From the NCBI RefSeq assembly GCF_006345805.1, contig NC_043000.1:123566001-123630000 (forward strand): a stretch of DNA of 64,000 nt, read 5' to 3'. The DNA is from Octopus sinensis. Taxonomy: Eukaryota. Numbering within the stretch: the first letter of the stretch is position 1; every line of letters begins with the position of its first letter. Shown here piece by piece: positions 14,163 through 34,330 of this stretch. The translations under genes were made by a program, and so were the position numbers. The notes beneath the pieces were generated by a model. It had not been told where the DNA came from, did no database searches, and was given only the letters and a program-made list of their open reading frames with translations.

Positions 14163-16885
14163 GGCAAAGTTGTGGCTGTGTGCTAAGACGTTCAGTTCCC
14201 AACGAGATGGTTCCAAGTTCAATCTCATTGCATAACACCTTAGGCTACATCCTCAATCCAACCAAAGACTTGAGAGTGGATTTGGTAAGCCAAAAGAAGC
14301 CTTTTGGTAAGCCTGAAAGAAGTCTAACCTAACCTAACACACACATATAGACGTGTGTATTTGTTTACATTCCTGTAGCTTAGTGCTTCAGCAAAAAGAG
14401 ACCAATAGAACAAGTACTAGGCTTTAAAAAATGTAAAGTACTGGAGTTGATTTGTTTGACTAAACCCTTCAATGCAGTGCCCTAGCATGGCAGCAGTCTG
14501 ATGACTGAAACAAACAAAAGTCTAAATATGGAGTCATAGTTGTAAATGAATGTTACTGTCGCAATATCATCATTGATTTCCAATATTCTACAAGAACATG
14601 TCTGACCATGGGAAATTATTACCTTGTTTAGAGACAGGTAGAAATTGGTGACAGGAAGGGCATTTGGCTATAGAAAACCTCCCTCCAATAAACTCCATCT
14701 GATTCATGCAAGCTTCAAAAAGGGGATGTTAAAATGAGGATGATATTTATATATATGAAAGGTACAGGATATCTTGGGGTTGAACTGGACAAAAGTCCAG
14801 AGTCCATGAATGAAAATTGTGTAATCATCATCATTTAGCGTCTGCTTTCCACGTTGCCATAGATTAGACAGACTGAAACTGGTAAGCTGGAGAGCTGTAC
14901 CACGTTCCAATCTGATTTGGCATGGTTTCTACAGCTGGATGCCCTTCTTAACACCAACCATTCCAAGAGTGTTATAGGTGCCTTTCGTGTGACACTGGCA
15001 CAAGTGCCTGTTATGTGACACCGGCAACAGCCACAACTACGATTTCACTTGGCTTGACGGGTCTTCTCAAGCACAGCATATAGCCAAAGGTCTCAGTTAC
15101 TTGTGTAGTGGATTTAATTTCATTATTTTGGAAACTAGAAGTGTAGTGGGTTTCAAGATACCACGAGATCATGACAACTCCTGTCAGGTATGATGTGGTG
15201 GGTAGCAGAATCAGTATAGCACTGTATTATTCAGATCTATTTTGCCCTTTGTTCCTTCTCAGGTTGAAATCTAAATACCAGTCAGATATAACCGACTATA
15301 CCCTTAAAGGTTCAGCATGCTCATAGCTCAATAAATAAAACATTGAAAAGATCCTCATCGATCAAAGCAAAAAAATTGCTCAGGAGATAAAAAAGAACAG
15401 AGAAGAAGGACAAGAGACAGAAGAGGCAACTGATTTTAAAGGAACACCTATATGGTGCTTCCGTTTTATGAAGAGGAATGGTTTTTCCTACACAAAAATG
15501 AAATGCAATACAGGTGCACTTATTCAAATTTACCTAATCCCTTACAAAACCTTTTTTCCAAATTTTAAGCGCAAAAAATTAAGGGGTTCCTTATACACGT
15601 TAAAATACAGTATCTCTTTGCAGTTCCTACTGATAATTCTCATCCTCTCTTCTAATTGTGAGTAGCTATGTAGCTTACAAGAACCTGCTCTGCACCCACT
15701 CCCATATTTTAACCCTTCACTTCCTAACTAAACCTTACCCCCAACATCCTCAAGGTTCATAGTTTTGCGAGCCCATAGCAACCTCAGTAATACTGGTAGC
15801 ATGAAAAAATGCAGACAAAAATCACTATAGCATTTGAAAGGGTCTCCAGCAATACCAAAGCAGACATTGGAGCAGGATGCAATCGTGGTGCCTCTCGAGC
15901 CTTGCTAGTTACAAAGTGACCTAATTAGAGCAGGTGTTAAAAAAAGAAATTTAAAAATACCCAGTACACTATGCAAACAGGTTGCTATATTGTGCAGTGA
16001 CACTGAGATTAGTAGTTCAAATGTGACCAGACTTTTAGAAGTTGCCATGCAACTACATAAACGTTCTCACATTGTTTTCTTATCTGCTTAAAACAAAGCC
16101 AGAAGGATTTTACTTGTGAAGTCATTTGCATGGATCATAGCACTTTTTAAGTGTTTACTCACTCCACTGCATAAAGACTGGTAATGTATAACCCAGGTGA
16201 AGGCACATGGCTCAGTGTTTAGAGCGTCGAGCTTATGATTGCAAGGTTGTGAGTTCGTATCCTGGACCGGGCTGCATGTTGCGTTCTTGAGCAAGACACT
16301 TTATTTCACGTTGCTCCAGTTCACTCAGCTGTAGAAATGAGTTGTGACGTCACAGGTGCCAAGCTATATCTGCCCCTTTGCCTTTCCTTTGGATAACACT
16401 GGTGGCGTGGAGAGGGGAGGCTTGTATGCATGGGCGACTGCTGGTCTTCCAATAAACAACCTTGCCCAGACTTGTGCCTGGGAGGGTAACTCCTATGGTC
16501 AGTCCTATGTGCAATCCTATGGTCAGTCATGACCGAAGGGGGTCTTAGCAGCATAGCCCAGGGAATGAAAGTTAACTAATGAACACAGCCTGGACCAATC
16601 AGCACCGGTTCATAACATTCAACAATTTTCTACTAATATATAATCTCATTCATTTCACTTTTGGTGGACAACCTATCTCGTTCTAATTTTACTGAAAGTT
16701 GTCCTATAAAAGATAAAGCAGACATGTATGTTAAGTATAGAACAATCAAGTCTTCGGTTCAATTCCAAAGTAGGCACCGTGTTGTTTATTTAAACAGAAC
16801 ATTTTATACTACACATCTTAGTTCAAATACCTGTTAGAAATAAGTTATTCAGGAAACACCATTTATGATAATACTATTCTAGAAA

Positions 16886-17265
16886 TCTTTATATATAAAG
16901 CTGAAGTTGTCTCTGTATGGCAGGTTTGTAGCCTTCAACTAACACTATCTCCACCGAGACCCTGTGGCACAAGTTGACCAAAATTGAGAGTATGGTAGAA
17001 GAAGGCATGCTCTTCATTCCGTAGAAGAAAAAATTCAAATCCAACCATGTTAAGACCAAAAACTTTTTACATCAAAAAGGTGCTTTTTCTTCTATGAAAA
17101 TCCTTATTTTTTACAATTTTTTGACTGCTGTGTCGCCATTTTTCGGTGTATTTCAACCAGAAAAATGTTCACTTAATGTTACATAATGCAAAATTTTTTA
17201 CTTTTCAAAAATTTCAATTCTAAAGGGTCGAAACAAACCCGAGCAACGCCGGGCAATACTGCTAG
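16886..17265 (+). mobile_element. Non-autonomous Helitron, copy 1 (in PREP intron 1)
   Basis: A|TC 5' end, CTAG|T 3' end, CCCG-N8-CGGG hairpin just upstream of the end, no TSD; three copies in the window. Confidence 0.8.
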
Positions 17266-17874
17266 TAGTAGTTAAATCTCTTATTATGCAGTAAATGGCA
17301 GCCAAAGATAAGTTAATCTCTCCTAATAGAGAGCCGGGGGATATGGGCCAATCTCTTTCAAATTACATTGTAGTGTCTTTAAACATTAGCCTCTGTAGTT
17401 CTTAAGGGCTCTTGGAAATATCTACATTCTTTCTAAATTATTTGTTTTATTAAATAAAATTACTGATATGTCAGCTGTGTTTGTTACTCATACTAAACCT
17501 AATATAAGGATAAAGTCATAGATATTAGCTACAATAAATATATTTATAGATATCCCAGATATTAAATTCCAAAGTAGGAAAGAAGTTAATCAACTCCTTT
17601 GCACGTGCAAAACTATAAGCTATAAGTTATGATGAAACAAAGTCCAAGATGTGAGAGAGAAAACTAAAGTGTAATAATGCCTAAAAAAAGAACCAAAAAG
17701 AAACAGGATGGTCACAGTTGGAAAGCTTTTAAGTAATAAAAGAAACAGTGTATCATCTGATATTTAAAACATTCAAAGTTATGAAACAGCAGCTAAATCT
17801 CTATTTGAAATAGAAAATTTAATTTATAATTTAAGAAAAAATTATTGAATTTCATAATCCATCCATTTGCTCTG

Positions 17875-18125
17875 CTCATTATTCCTGGGAGCGTCACAGG
17901 GATAGAGTCCTAAGGCACCTCTTCCATAGGGTCTTGTCAGAATAATTGTCATTACATTTTCCAGCTGAATTCCTAAGCATGACCAACTGAGATTATGGAC
18001 ATTATCCAACCATCTCATTTTTGGTCTGCACCAAAGTCTCCTCCTGCCAGTTGGATCAGCTTGAAGAATCCATCTTGTGATTCTTTCCTGTGATATTCCA
18101 ATCCCATGTCCATAGTCTTCATAAT
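17875..18125 (-). mobile_element. LINE (RTE-like) 3' end relic; homologous fragment at about 5990-6150
   Basis: Frameshifted ILQADPTGRR...MRWLDNVHNLSW; nucleotide similarity to 6010-6130. Confidence 0.55.
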
Positions 18126-20326
18126 CATTGTAACCCTAAATCTGTGTTTGTCCCCACCATCGCTTGATAACTAGTGGTGATGTATTTATGTCCCCATAAC
18201 TTAGCACCTCAGCAAAAAGAGACCGATAAAATAAGTATTAGGCTTCAAAAAGTAAGTCCTGAGGTTGATTTGTTTGACTAATTCCCTTTAAGGCAGTGCC
18301 CCAGCATGGCCACAGTCAAATGACAAACAATTAAGAGATAAAAGTGGAATGTGATTTGAGTTTTTACTGCTATGTCTAGTGAGTGAAGCAACTATATGGA
18401 GTAGTCCTGGTCAAACTGTGGCCTGTGGGTTTTTCGGAATGGCACACATAATGTAAAATTTATTTTGAAATTTTTGTAGTAGGAGCACGGCACACCTGAC
18501 GATGAGCCATGCCTCATGCAGCCCTCTTCTCAAAAATGGTTTTCCATGTCTAATGTTGAAGTTCTCTCTTTGACTCATCATTGGGATAAGTAATGGTGTG
18601 TTGGTTGATTAGATTTTTTTTTGTTTAGTGTTTTTTTTTATCCTATAACTTGCTCAGTCTGGAGGAAGTACTAGTGTCCATAGTCAAACAAATCAACCTT
18701 AGGACTTACTTTTTGAAGCCTAATACTTATTTTATCGGTCTCTTTTTACTGAGGTGCTAAGTTATGGGGACATTAATACATTACCACTAGTTATCAAGTG
18801 ATGGTGGGGGACAAACACAGACACACATATCAAGCTGGCATGAGTTGGACGGTTTGACAGGAGTTAGCCAAGCAGAAGCCTGCACCACGCTTCTGTGTCA
18901 GTATATACATGTATATGTGCATATATATACAATGGGCTTCTTTCAGTTTCCATCTACCAAATCCACTCACAAGACTTTGGTTGGCCTGAGGATATAGAAA
19001 ACACTTGCCCAAGGTGCCATGCAGTGGGACTGAACCCGGAACCATGTGGCTGAGAAGCAAGCTTATTACCACACAGCCACACCCGTTTAAAAAGAAAACT
19101 GATGTATTGCTTAATGTTACCCTGAATTCCCTGTTAACAGGTAGAAGACAAGATGGTCACAGCTGGAATGAGTATATACAAACATCTGCTTGATCAATGC
19201 TGTCTTGAGTTTGGTGTTTTGAACTGCCTGGTCATACAAGGGAGGAGGCTCTTAAATAATCACTCGACTCGCTAGAAATAACAGCCAAATCTCCAATAAA
19301 TCAAATCCCTTAAATTCAGTAAGATGCTCTATATGTTTTTGATCATGTGTTATATAACAAAATTGCCCTCGGGCTTAAAAAGAATCCTACCATCCTAAAA
19401 AAGGAAAGGACACCCTGGATACATCACTATTTCTGTTCTAAAAAGAACCCTTATTTCTTTGGATGTATTTTAAACATCCACAGAGGCAAATATGTAAAAA
19501 AAAGAATTAAAAAAAAAAAAAGGAGACTGGGATTGTTTGCCTCACTCTTCCATAAATTTTCAGTTACTTTTTTAGTTTTTTATCTTTTACTTGACATTGG
19601 ACTGTGACCATGTTGGGGCACTGTCTTGAATTGTTTTAGTTGAACAAATCAAGCCCAATTTTTTTTATTTCTGAAAACTAGTACTTATTCTATCAGTCTC
19701 CTTTTACCGAATCGCGAGGTTACAGGGACGTAAACAAACCAACACCGGTTGTCAAATTCACTCACAAGCTTTGGTCAAGCCAGGTCTAGAGTAGAAGACA
19801 CTTGCATAATGTGCCACGCAGTGAGATTGAACTCTGAACTATGTGGTTGGGCAGTAAACATCTTTTCATATCGCCACGCCTGAGCCTATGAACATTTTTC
19901 GAAAAAAATTTCAGATGTTATAAAATGTGGGTCCCCGCCCCGATTCGGTTGCATCATAAACTTCCACAAAAACGAATATTATTCAATGAAATGTTTTACA
20001 AATACGATTCAGAGGATGGAGATTTCGATTCTATCAGAATTTCTGACGAATTTTTTTATTTATTTATTTTTTTTTTTTGCGGAAATGGAGAGAGAAGTTT
20101 AGTAAAATTCATACGATGCGGCTTTGTTTCCTCATAACTTTTAGAAAAATGGGTAATTATTAAATGGAATTTCCTACAAATACCTTTCAGAGTGTAAAGA
20201 TTACGTTTCTATCGGAACTTAAGAAAAGAAATTTGGTGAGATCGTACATATACATAGTGACACACATCATATATATCTACAAAATGTAAACTTGAAATTT
20301 AGAAAATACATTGTGATACGTGTCAG

Positions 20327-20362
<36 letters not shown>

Positions 20363-22060
20363 AGTCCAGTTTTTTTCATATTAAATTCCGATATAATCAC
20401 ATTTTAATAACATTCTAAAATGTATTTGTAGAAATTTCATTAAAAAAATGCTAATTTTTCTGAAAGACAAAGCCGACTCGTGTGAATTTTCCAAAACTCC
20501 CCACCCCAACCTTGGAAAAATCTTTGTCCGATATAGTCTTAATCTGCACCCTCTGAGGAGATTTGTAGAAAATTTCATGACAAAATATTCATTTTCTGGG
20601 AGTTGTGAGGAAACAAAGTCGGCGGGGAGCGCACTTGTGTAGGTCAGACTAAAATGGTGAGGTATATGTTTAAAGAATTAAAATTTCAGATGTTTAAAAC
20701 ATATACATGAAGAAATCTTGCAAAGTCAAAGAAAGATTACGGGAAAAGAAAGGGGCAACATCCCTAGCTTCCCCGCGGCTGAAAACACATCCGAAGAAAT
20801 TGGGTATTTTGGCGCACTAGATAATTTTCGACTCTAATTCTATAGGAAAGCCTCTGGAGTTTCTTGGATAAAGGTCTGTTCGGGGAGGACTGACTTGAGG
20901 TTGAACAACAAAGTCCCTTAAAAAGTGCGTATCATATCGCTACTAATTTAGTTTCAAGTCTTATTTCTTCATATTACCGAATAAAATTTTCTATATATAT
21001 GATGCATCTTGAATGCTAAATATAAACAAAATTAATACAAGGCTAATTAAAGAAAAAAATATTTTAAACTTTGTATTATAGCGGCAGGTTGCATCTCCGA
21101 GTAGTAATTACAATAAACGATGAATAAGGCATTTTTATGAACAAGGCTGCCTGTATCAGGAATCTCATATTTACCGTTAATAAAAGAGTAACAGCATTTT
21201 TAGTGAAAATGTTCGTTCTTTTATATAAATAAAACATTTGGGAAGAGAGAAATTAAATTAAGGGAAATAAGTTTCTCTATACTGTTCGGTCCACTCAGTT
21301 TCTCTATAATTATAGTCGAAAGGGGGGGGGGGACAGCAGACAGTTGAATGCCGGTTCGATAATTTAAAGCACTGCAGAGTGACATTACCATTCATTAGGA
21401 TCCAAAGTGGTTACTATATTACTAATTAACGCGCGTAAAGCATGGCAAAGAACTACTCGGTGCTACTACAAACGAAATATTGCCTAAATGTTAATAAAAT
21501 AATTAGAACGTTAGCAATAAGGAAATACAATTACTTATCGGGAAAAATTACAGCCTTCAGCTTATTCGACTTCATCCTAGTTGCGGAAAGGAAGAATATG
21601 AAGCTCATTGAAGACAAGATTATAATGGATTAGAACATCTATTAAAAGATATCAAATTTCTTATTGTCTGTAAGAGATTAATTAAATAATTAAATAAAAC
21701 TTTCGCCGAGGAAAAGCCTTCATTCTTGCACAAAGTAAACAATTTTTACGTTTATGCTGCTGGAAAAAAAATAGCGCCAACTTAAAGAAAGTGTATACTC
21801 GTGAGGAGTGGATGTGTGCATGCAGAACAGAGAAAAACATGAAATAACGGACTAAGAAACTAGGAACTACTTTAAGACATTTGAAGTACCACGAAAATAT
21901 ATATATATCAATAGGGAATGTAAGAGATTAATTATTAACGGGTTTCTTGTGAATGAAAGAGCGACCGGCATTTATGAAGCACCGACCCGGAAACCTAATT
22001 AGCAGCAGAGTAATGCACAATGGAAAAATGTGATTACATTTATTCACTTATGATACTCAC

Positions 22061-22126
22061 TTTGTGTCCGTGGTAATCATCAACTACTGATTCGTCACGA
22101 CGAGCTTTAGGATAAGAAAACTCCAT
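22061..22126 (-). CDS. PREP: Prolyl endopeptidase coding exon 1 (MEFSYPKARRDESVVDDYHGHK)
   Basis: Manual minus-strand translation. Matches the POP N-terminus (YP..RDE..V.DYHGHK). ATG context gatATGG; donor AAA|gtgagt; 66 nt, phase 0. Confidence 0.93.
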
Positions 22127-22430
22127 ATCGTAGCGGCAGGTTGGTTGCAGATGACACAAGAAAATGAAGACAATGCAGCTTAAATAATCCAGTGGAGTGC
22201 GCATTCGCTCTCAATCACTTCCGCTTGTTAAGCCATTCATTTTCTACATCTTCGTTGTAAAACGTCACTACTACACGTGCAGTGTGTTTTTGATACATAT
22301 GTATACATACACTGTGTGTATAGGTCAGGTATTAGTAGGTCTGACGCCGAGTTATTAACGTTGGTCAAAGAGGATTTGTGATGCAGATATTATCTTTTAG
22401 GCCACCACGTGACGTTGATGAATTTAAACC
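22127..22430 (-). promoter_or_regulatory. PREP promoter / 5' UTR region, CpG-retaining
   Basis: ETS-type GCGGAAGTG (22216-22224), E-box CACGTG (22274-22279), CRE half-site (22262-22267), overlapping CACGTGACGT (22406-22415), directly upstream of exon 1. TSS not determinable. Confidence 0.6.
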
Positions 22431-22781
22431 TGTATAACGACTTCTTACACTGGGTCACTCATTGTTTGTTCATAACCTTCTTTCGGACTGTGATTTAACA
22501 GCGCTTGTATTGATTTATTACATAAATATAACACGGTTTTTCGTCTGCTGTTACGTTCTGAGTTCAAATTCCGCCGAGGTTGACTTTGCCTTTCATCCTT
22601 TCGGGGTCGATTAAATAAGTACCAGTTACGCACTAGGGTCGATATAATCGACTTAACCCGTTTGTCTGTTCTTGTTTGTCCCCTCTATGTTTAGCCCCTT
22701 GTGGGTAGTAAAGAAATATTATTACATAAATATAATACTTCGCCTTTTTACGAGACAGTATGTGGTTTTCTATCAATTCTT

Positions 22782-23522
22782 AGCATATCCACACAAATGT
22801 GACTTCTGCCCCCACTCCCTTTGTTACTGCATAACTTTCAGAAATTTTTTTTTAAATAAAATCTACAAATACGCTTCCGATGGCGTAAATTTCAGTTATA
22901 TTTGCTGTCAATAAATTTTTCCCTTGTAGGGAGAGGAATTTCGGAAAATTCACATGAGTCGATTTTGTTACTCCATAACTTTCGGGAATTTTAAAATGAA
23001 ATTTTCTATAAATATTTTTCAGAATGTATAGATACCGATCAAATCGGAATTTAATGTGAAAAAAAAATTGGTGGGTACGCACACATACATACTAGCACAC
23101 ATCATATGTATATCTACAAAATGAAACTAGAAATCTCGATAGAAATAGTGACACGTCAGTATGATGTGTGCGTTCTCAGCGTTTTGGGTTTTTTTCATAT
23201 GAAATTCCAATATAAATAATGTTTCTCGGCCTTATAGACCAAGCTTAATATATCTAAATTCCAATATAATTGTAATCTACACTATTTCTATTTGTAGAGA
23301 ATTTCATCAAAAAATAACCCTTTTTCTGAAAGTTATGAGAAAACAAAGTTTTCAAATAGTCCTCTCTCCAGCCCTTAAAAATTTTTCACCACAAATACCG
23401 ATATAATCAGAACCTATACCATCGAAGCGCAAAAAATTGTAGAAAATTTCATTTAAAAATATTTATTTTTCAGAAAGTTATGACGAAATAAAATCGTGGG
23501 GGCACATTTGTGTAGGTATGCC
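22782..23522. mobile_element. Non-autonomous DNA transposon with nested inverted subrepeats; related copy at about 19900-20650
   Basis: TIR (A/G)GCATAYCYACACAAATGTG; 8-bp TSD CAATTCTT / CAATTCTC; shared internal blocks with 19900-20650. Confidence 0.65.
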
Positions 23523-23592
23523 CAATTCTCAAATGCATTAATTAGTAACGTTTACTATATGATAACCGAAGTTATCATATAGTAGTTATTTT

Positions 23593-24011
23593 AGATCTTT
23601 TCGGGTTGAACGGCAGTTTTTAACATAATTTCTAGGTAACTAAAAAAATTTTAAACTTCGTATACTGGAAGAATGTGTTTATAAAACATCTATTTCTCTT
23701 GGCTTTATTGAGAAAATTCTACAGTTTGTAAGATATTTGTTGTTTTTTTTCTTCAATTTCTGCAATTTCAACCAATCACTGCCATCTATTGAGGTAAAAA
23801 AAACATTCTGTGCCGTATGAATATGTCCCTCGTTTAAGAAACAGATTGGATTTATTTACATTTGTGAAGAATAAAAGATACCCTTCCCCTACCCCTAACC
23901 CTAACCCTAAAACAGATTGAAATGCAATAGATCGATACTAGGGTCATAATTATGGGTGACAATTTCATATGACACCGCTAGAAAAAACTGCCGTTCAAAC
24001 CGAAAAGATCC
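23593..24011. mobile_element. Merlin-type MITE, family 1, full length
   Basis: Reverse-orientation homologue of 56684-57105 with both TIRs and CCCTAA repeats; TSD not recognisable. Confidence 0.85.
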
Positions 24012-27000
24012 GATTGTGTACCCCCGGTTACATTGTTCGAAAAAAAATCTAAGGTGGGGTTGATTATAGGTAGAATCAGAGCAGACATGAATGCTGTTGA
24101 AACACTCTTAAAAGAACTGAATGGCTCTGTTAGGGTGCTTAAAAAGACGAGTCGATCATGTTTGAAATGTTTTTAATGGTAAGAAGAGATGATTACGGTT
24201 GAAAGGGCCACGCCATTGACAGGAAGGAGAATTAGGCTTTTTAAGCACCCTAACATACTGACACCAAAATTAATGGCCAGCTTCTTGATGATGTCATCAA
24301 TCAGTTCGAAGAGTCCTGATGTTCATCGAAAACTTCCTAATTTGAAATAACGAGTCCTTTGTCAAATTTTAGGTTGACACCTACTACACGGAATTCAGTT
24401 CTCCTTAGTTAATCAATAAAAATCTAGGAATCACTTGAATTCACTTGCGGATTGCAATCAATAAAATTTCCACTTTTTGGCAAAGTCACGGATGAGAAGC
24501 AAGAATAAAAAAGGAATTATATTTTATGATACAATAATGATTGAGTTGACTGTTTACACTTTGCTTTTCTAATTGCTCTAATTGCTTATATTTTAAATTC
24601 AGTTTGTTCACCCATAATTCTATATGTGTAGTTCAATTAAAAATATTCTTTCTACAGTTGGCACAAGGTCTGAAATTTTAGGTGGGGGTCAAGTCAGTAA
24701 GATCTACCTCAGTGCTCAAATGGTACTTATTTTATTGACCCGGAAAAGATGAAAGGCAAAGTTGACCTTGGTGGAATTTGAACTCAGAACGTAAAGCAGA
24801 AAATATAAAGGTTAGTTATAAGAAAACTGTATTTTCTCCCCATTATTATTTGTGAAATTATTTTTGTGGGGAATGCGGAACTCAAACATCCTAGTAGTTC
24901 GAGGCATAGGAAAGGTTGGGAAACACTGAATTAGCTGAAACTGACAAGCGAGATGGTCCTATGAAGAGGGATTTGATATTGAAGCAATTATACTGCTTGT
25001 GTTTCCGGGCAGAACATTTTCTTGTACATAGCCCCACTTCAACTATTTGTCAGGAATGCATATATTATGCCAGATAAACTGATAAGCAAAATTATCCACT
25101 GTAAAGTAAATTTGCTTTCAGTTTGCCATATACTTGGTCTTTCAATTGTTCGTATTCAACCCCACATTTTTTTTTACTTGCCCTATTTATTTGGTTTAAT
25201 CATCCTTCTAATTTCTTAACAGTATTTGTGTTGATAGCTGTGTCACCTTCAACCTTGAAGTTTGTTGAGTACTCTCCATCAATTATTATTCACCTTGTTA
25301 AAGGCAGCAAGTGATTAGCACCAGACAAAATTCTTAGCAGCACCTAATCCAACTATACGTTCTGAGATTAAGTACTACCGAGGTCGACTTTGCCTGTCAT
25401 CCTTCGAGATCGATAAAATAAGTACTAGTTGGATACTTGGATCGTTGTAATCGATTTACTCCCTAATCTAAAATTGGTGGGTTTGTGTCAAACATTTGAA
25501 ACCATCATTTCATCTTGCCCCAAAACTTATTTTTTGAATACTCGCGAGGAAAGAGTGAGCAAGAGAAAATCTTTAAGCCGGCATTAAAAAGTAAAATTCA
25601 TACCACAAGAGAAATACATTAACTTGTTAATGTTTCTCTTACTTCCTCCAGTAGCATATCATTTTGTCAGTTGGAAATGGTCCAGAATATCTTTTTGCAG
25701 TTCTTTTACCATGTTATTTCGTAATATTTTGACTACTTGCAGCTTGCAGCCGATGGTGTATGAGTGCCAGCTTAACTGAGGAGTGGGGGAACAAGGGTGT
25801 AGGACCGCTCTGGGTGACGCTTTTATGTGGGGCGCCACTTTTGAACTTGTATATGTTTATATATTTCTTTACTACCCACAAAGGGGCTAAGCACAGAAGG
25901 GACAAACAAGGACAGACAAACGGATTAAGTCGATTATATCGCCCCCAGTGCGTAACTGGTACTTATTTAATCGACTCTGAAAGGATGAAAGGCAAAGTCG
26001 ACCTCGGCGGAATTTGAACTCAGAACGTAACGGCAGACGAAATACGGCTACGCATTTCGCCCGGCGTGCTAACGTTTCTGCCAGCTCACCGCCTTCTTGT
26101 TGTATATGCTTATACCCCGGGTGGAGTAAACTCGAAAGCTTCCCCGGACAATACACACCCAAGCTGCACCACTGTTTTTAAGTCAGAAGAAAAGGCAGCG
26201 TTCACGATGCGTTACACGGCTTCCGTGACTGTTTGGTGGGAAGGTGTCCTAAAGACTGAGACTTAGTCTAAATGCCTGCAACAGAGTGAACTCCGCTAAA
26301 GACACTGGAAGTACTAAATGGTGGTATTAAATTGGGAAACGGATTAAGTCTACCACCCTTGAAGGCCATAATGGGATTTAAACTCAGAATACAAACACCT
26401 TGAACAAATACCTATTTCTTTATTACCCACAAGGGGCTAAACACAGAGGGGACAAACAAGGACAGACATAGGTATTAAGTCGATTGCATCGACCCCAGTG
26501 CGTAACTGGTACTTAATTTATCGACCCCGAAAGGATGAAAGGCAAAGTCGACCTCGGCGGAATTTGAACTCACAACGTAACGACAGACGAAATACGGCTA
26601 CGCATTTCGTCCAGCGTGCTAGCGTTTCTGGTAGCTCGCCGCCTTCAACAAATACCATATAGCATCCAGGCTGATGTTGTTACAGGTTCCTCAGCCCACC
26701 ACCATCTTAGATTAGTTCGTTTTTATCTACTTCGAAAGAATGGTTGGCAAAATTGACTTCACCAAAATTTGAACTCAACGTGTAGAGAGGAGAAACAAAT
26801 ACTACGATGCATTCAGTCCGGCGCACTAATGACGCTTCAACCTTGCCTCCCAGCCTAAAGAGATTCAAGTTTGAACTGGTTATGGCCTTCAGAGGTCAAG
26901 GGGAAAGCCAATGTTGCCAAAATGTAATAAGTAGTACTTATGTGTTTTCTTTTACCAGCAAGCAACTGAACCTGTCTAGATGAGGAAGCATTGTCAAGTA

Positions 27001-28079
27001 GCTTTTAACAGCAGTAACATATAGATGTATCAGTAAAAGATTTTGCAAAAAATATAGTTGTAACATATGTTGATCTATAACTGCAGCTGTCTGATAAACT
27101 TGTTAATTGGTGATAAGAGTAAATTATCGTAACTTGAGTCACCATGACTTGTAATTGGCTACTACGTCATGACAGGGCAGAAACGCAACCATATTCGTGA
27201 TAAAGTGGTGCAACGGTACCTTTACACATAATTCAGAGATAGCATTACAAAAACGCAAACAGATAATGAAACAACATGTAAATTTTGTAAAATTTTTTGT
27301 GAAAAATGCAAAGTAATTTTTGATAACTAAAACCATCAAAGCTTTTGAGTTATTTCATGGGTACGTTGAAGTGGAAGGCCTTTTTACAAATCACAATACT
27401 GTTTCCTCAAAAAAGAAAAGGTTCCGCTTTTAGGTTCAGGAAACTCTTTAAATGACATTTAGATCAGTTGAAATATCTCTGGAACATATTTGACTGGTAA
27501 AAAGGCCGTTCTTACTGTGGTTTGCCGCCTAGAAAAATTCTCGCTTTAATTATTTCAGAATTGTCTCTTTTGCGGTGCATGGTGAAGGTGATAGCTAAAT
27601 TAGCAAGAAATGCATTGACTGTTCCGCTAGGGGTGCCATGAAATGATTGATGGTGTTAGTAACACTTTTTGCCAAAAGTGAGAATTTTTTTCATCGCCAA
27701 ATCCCACCGAAAACGGCTTTTTTTTTGGTCGAATATGCCCCGAACATATTTGAACAGATCTGAACGTTTGATTAATCACAACGCTGCTTCCACATGCAAA
27801 CTACAATATTTTCTTTAAATAAAATAATTTTCGATTATTTATAGGATCACACAGTCGTTGCAGGTTCAATCTCAAATCCATAACCACTGACTCACAACTC
27901 ATGCACATTATGAGATAAATGCACTCATAGAGACATAAATAAATGGATCTCCGGCGGTATCGACGAAGAGTACTTACTTGTTGTTGATGAATATGATCTG
28001 TGAAAGATTATTGGAATGCTCATAATGAAGCTTTCGAAATACCACTAACTTTATTTATTTTGCTTATTTCACTTTTCTC

Positions 28080-34330
<6,251 letters not shown>

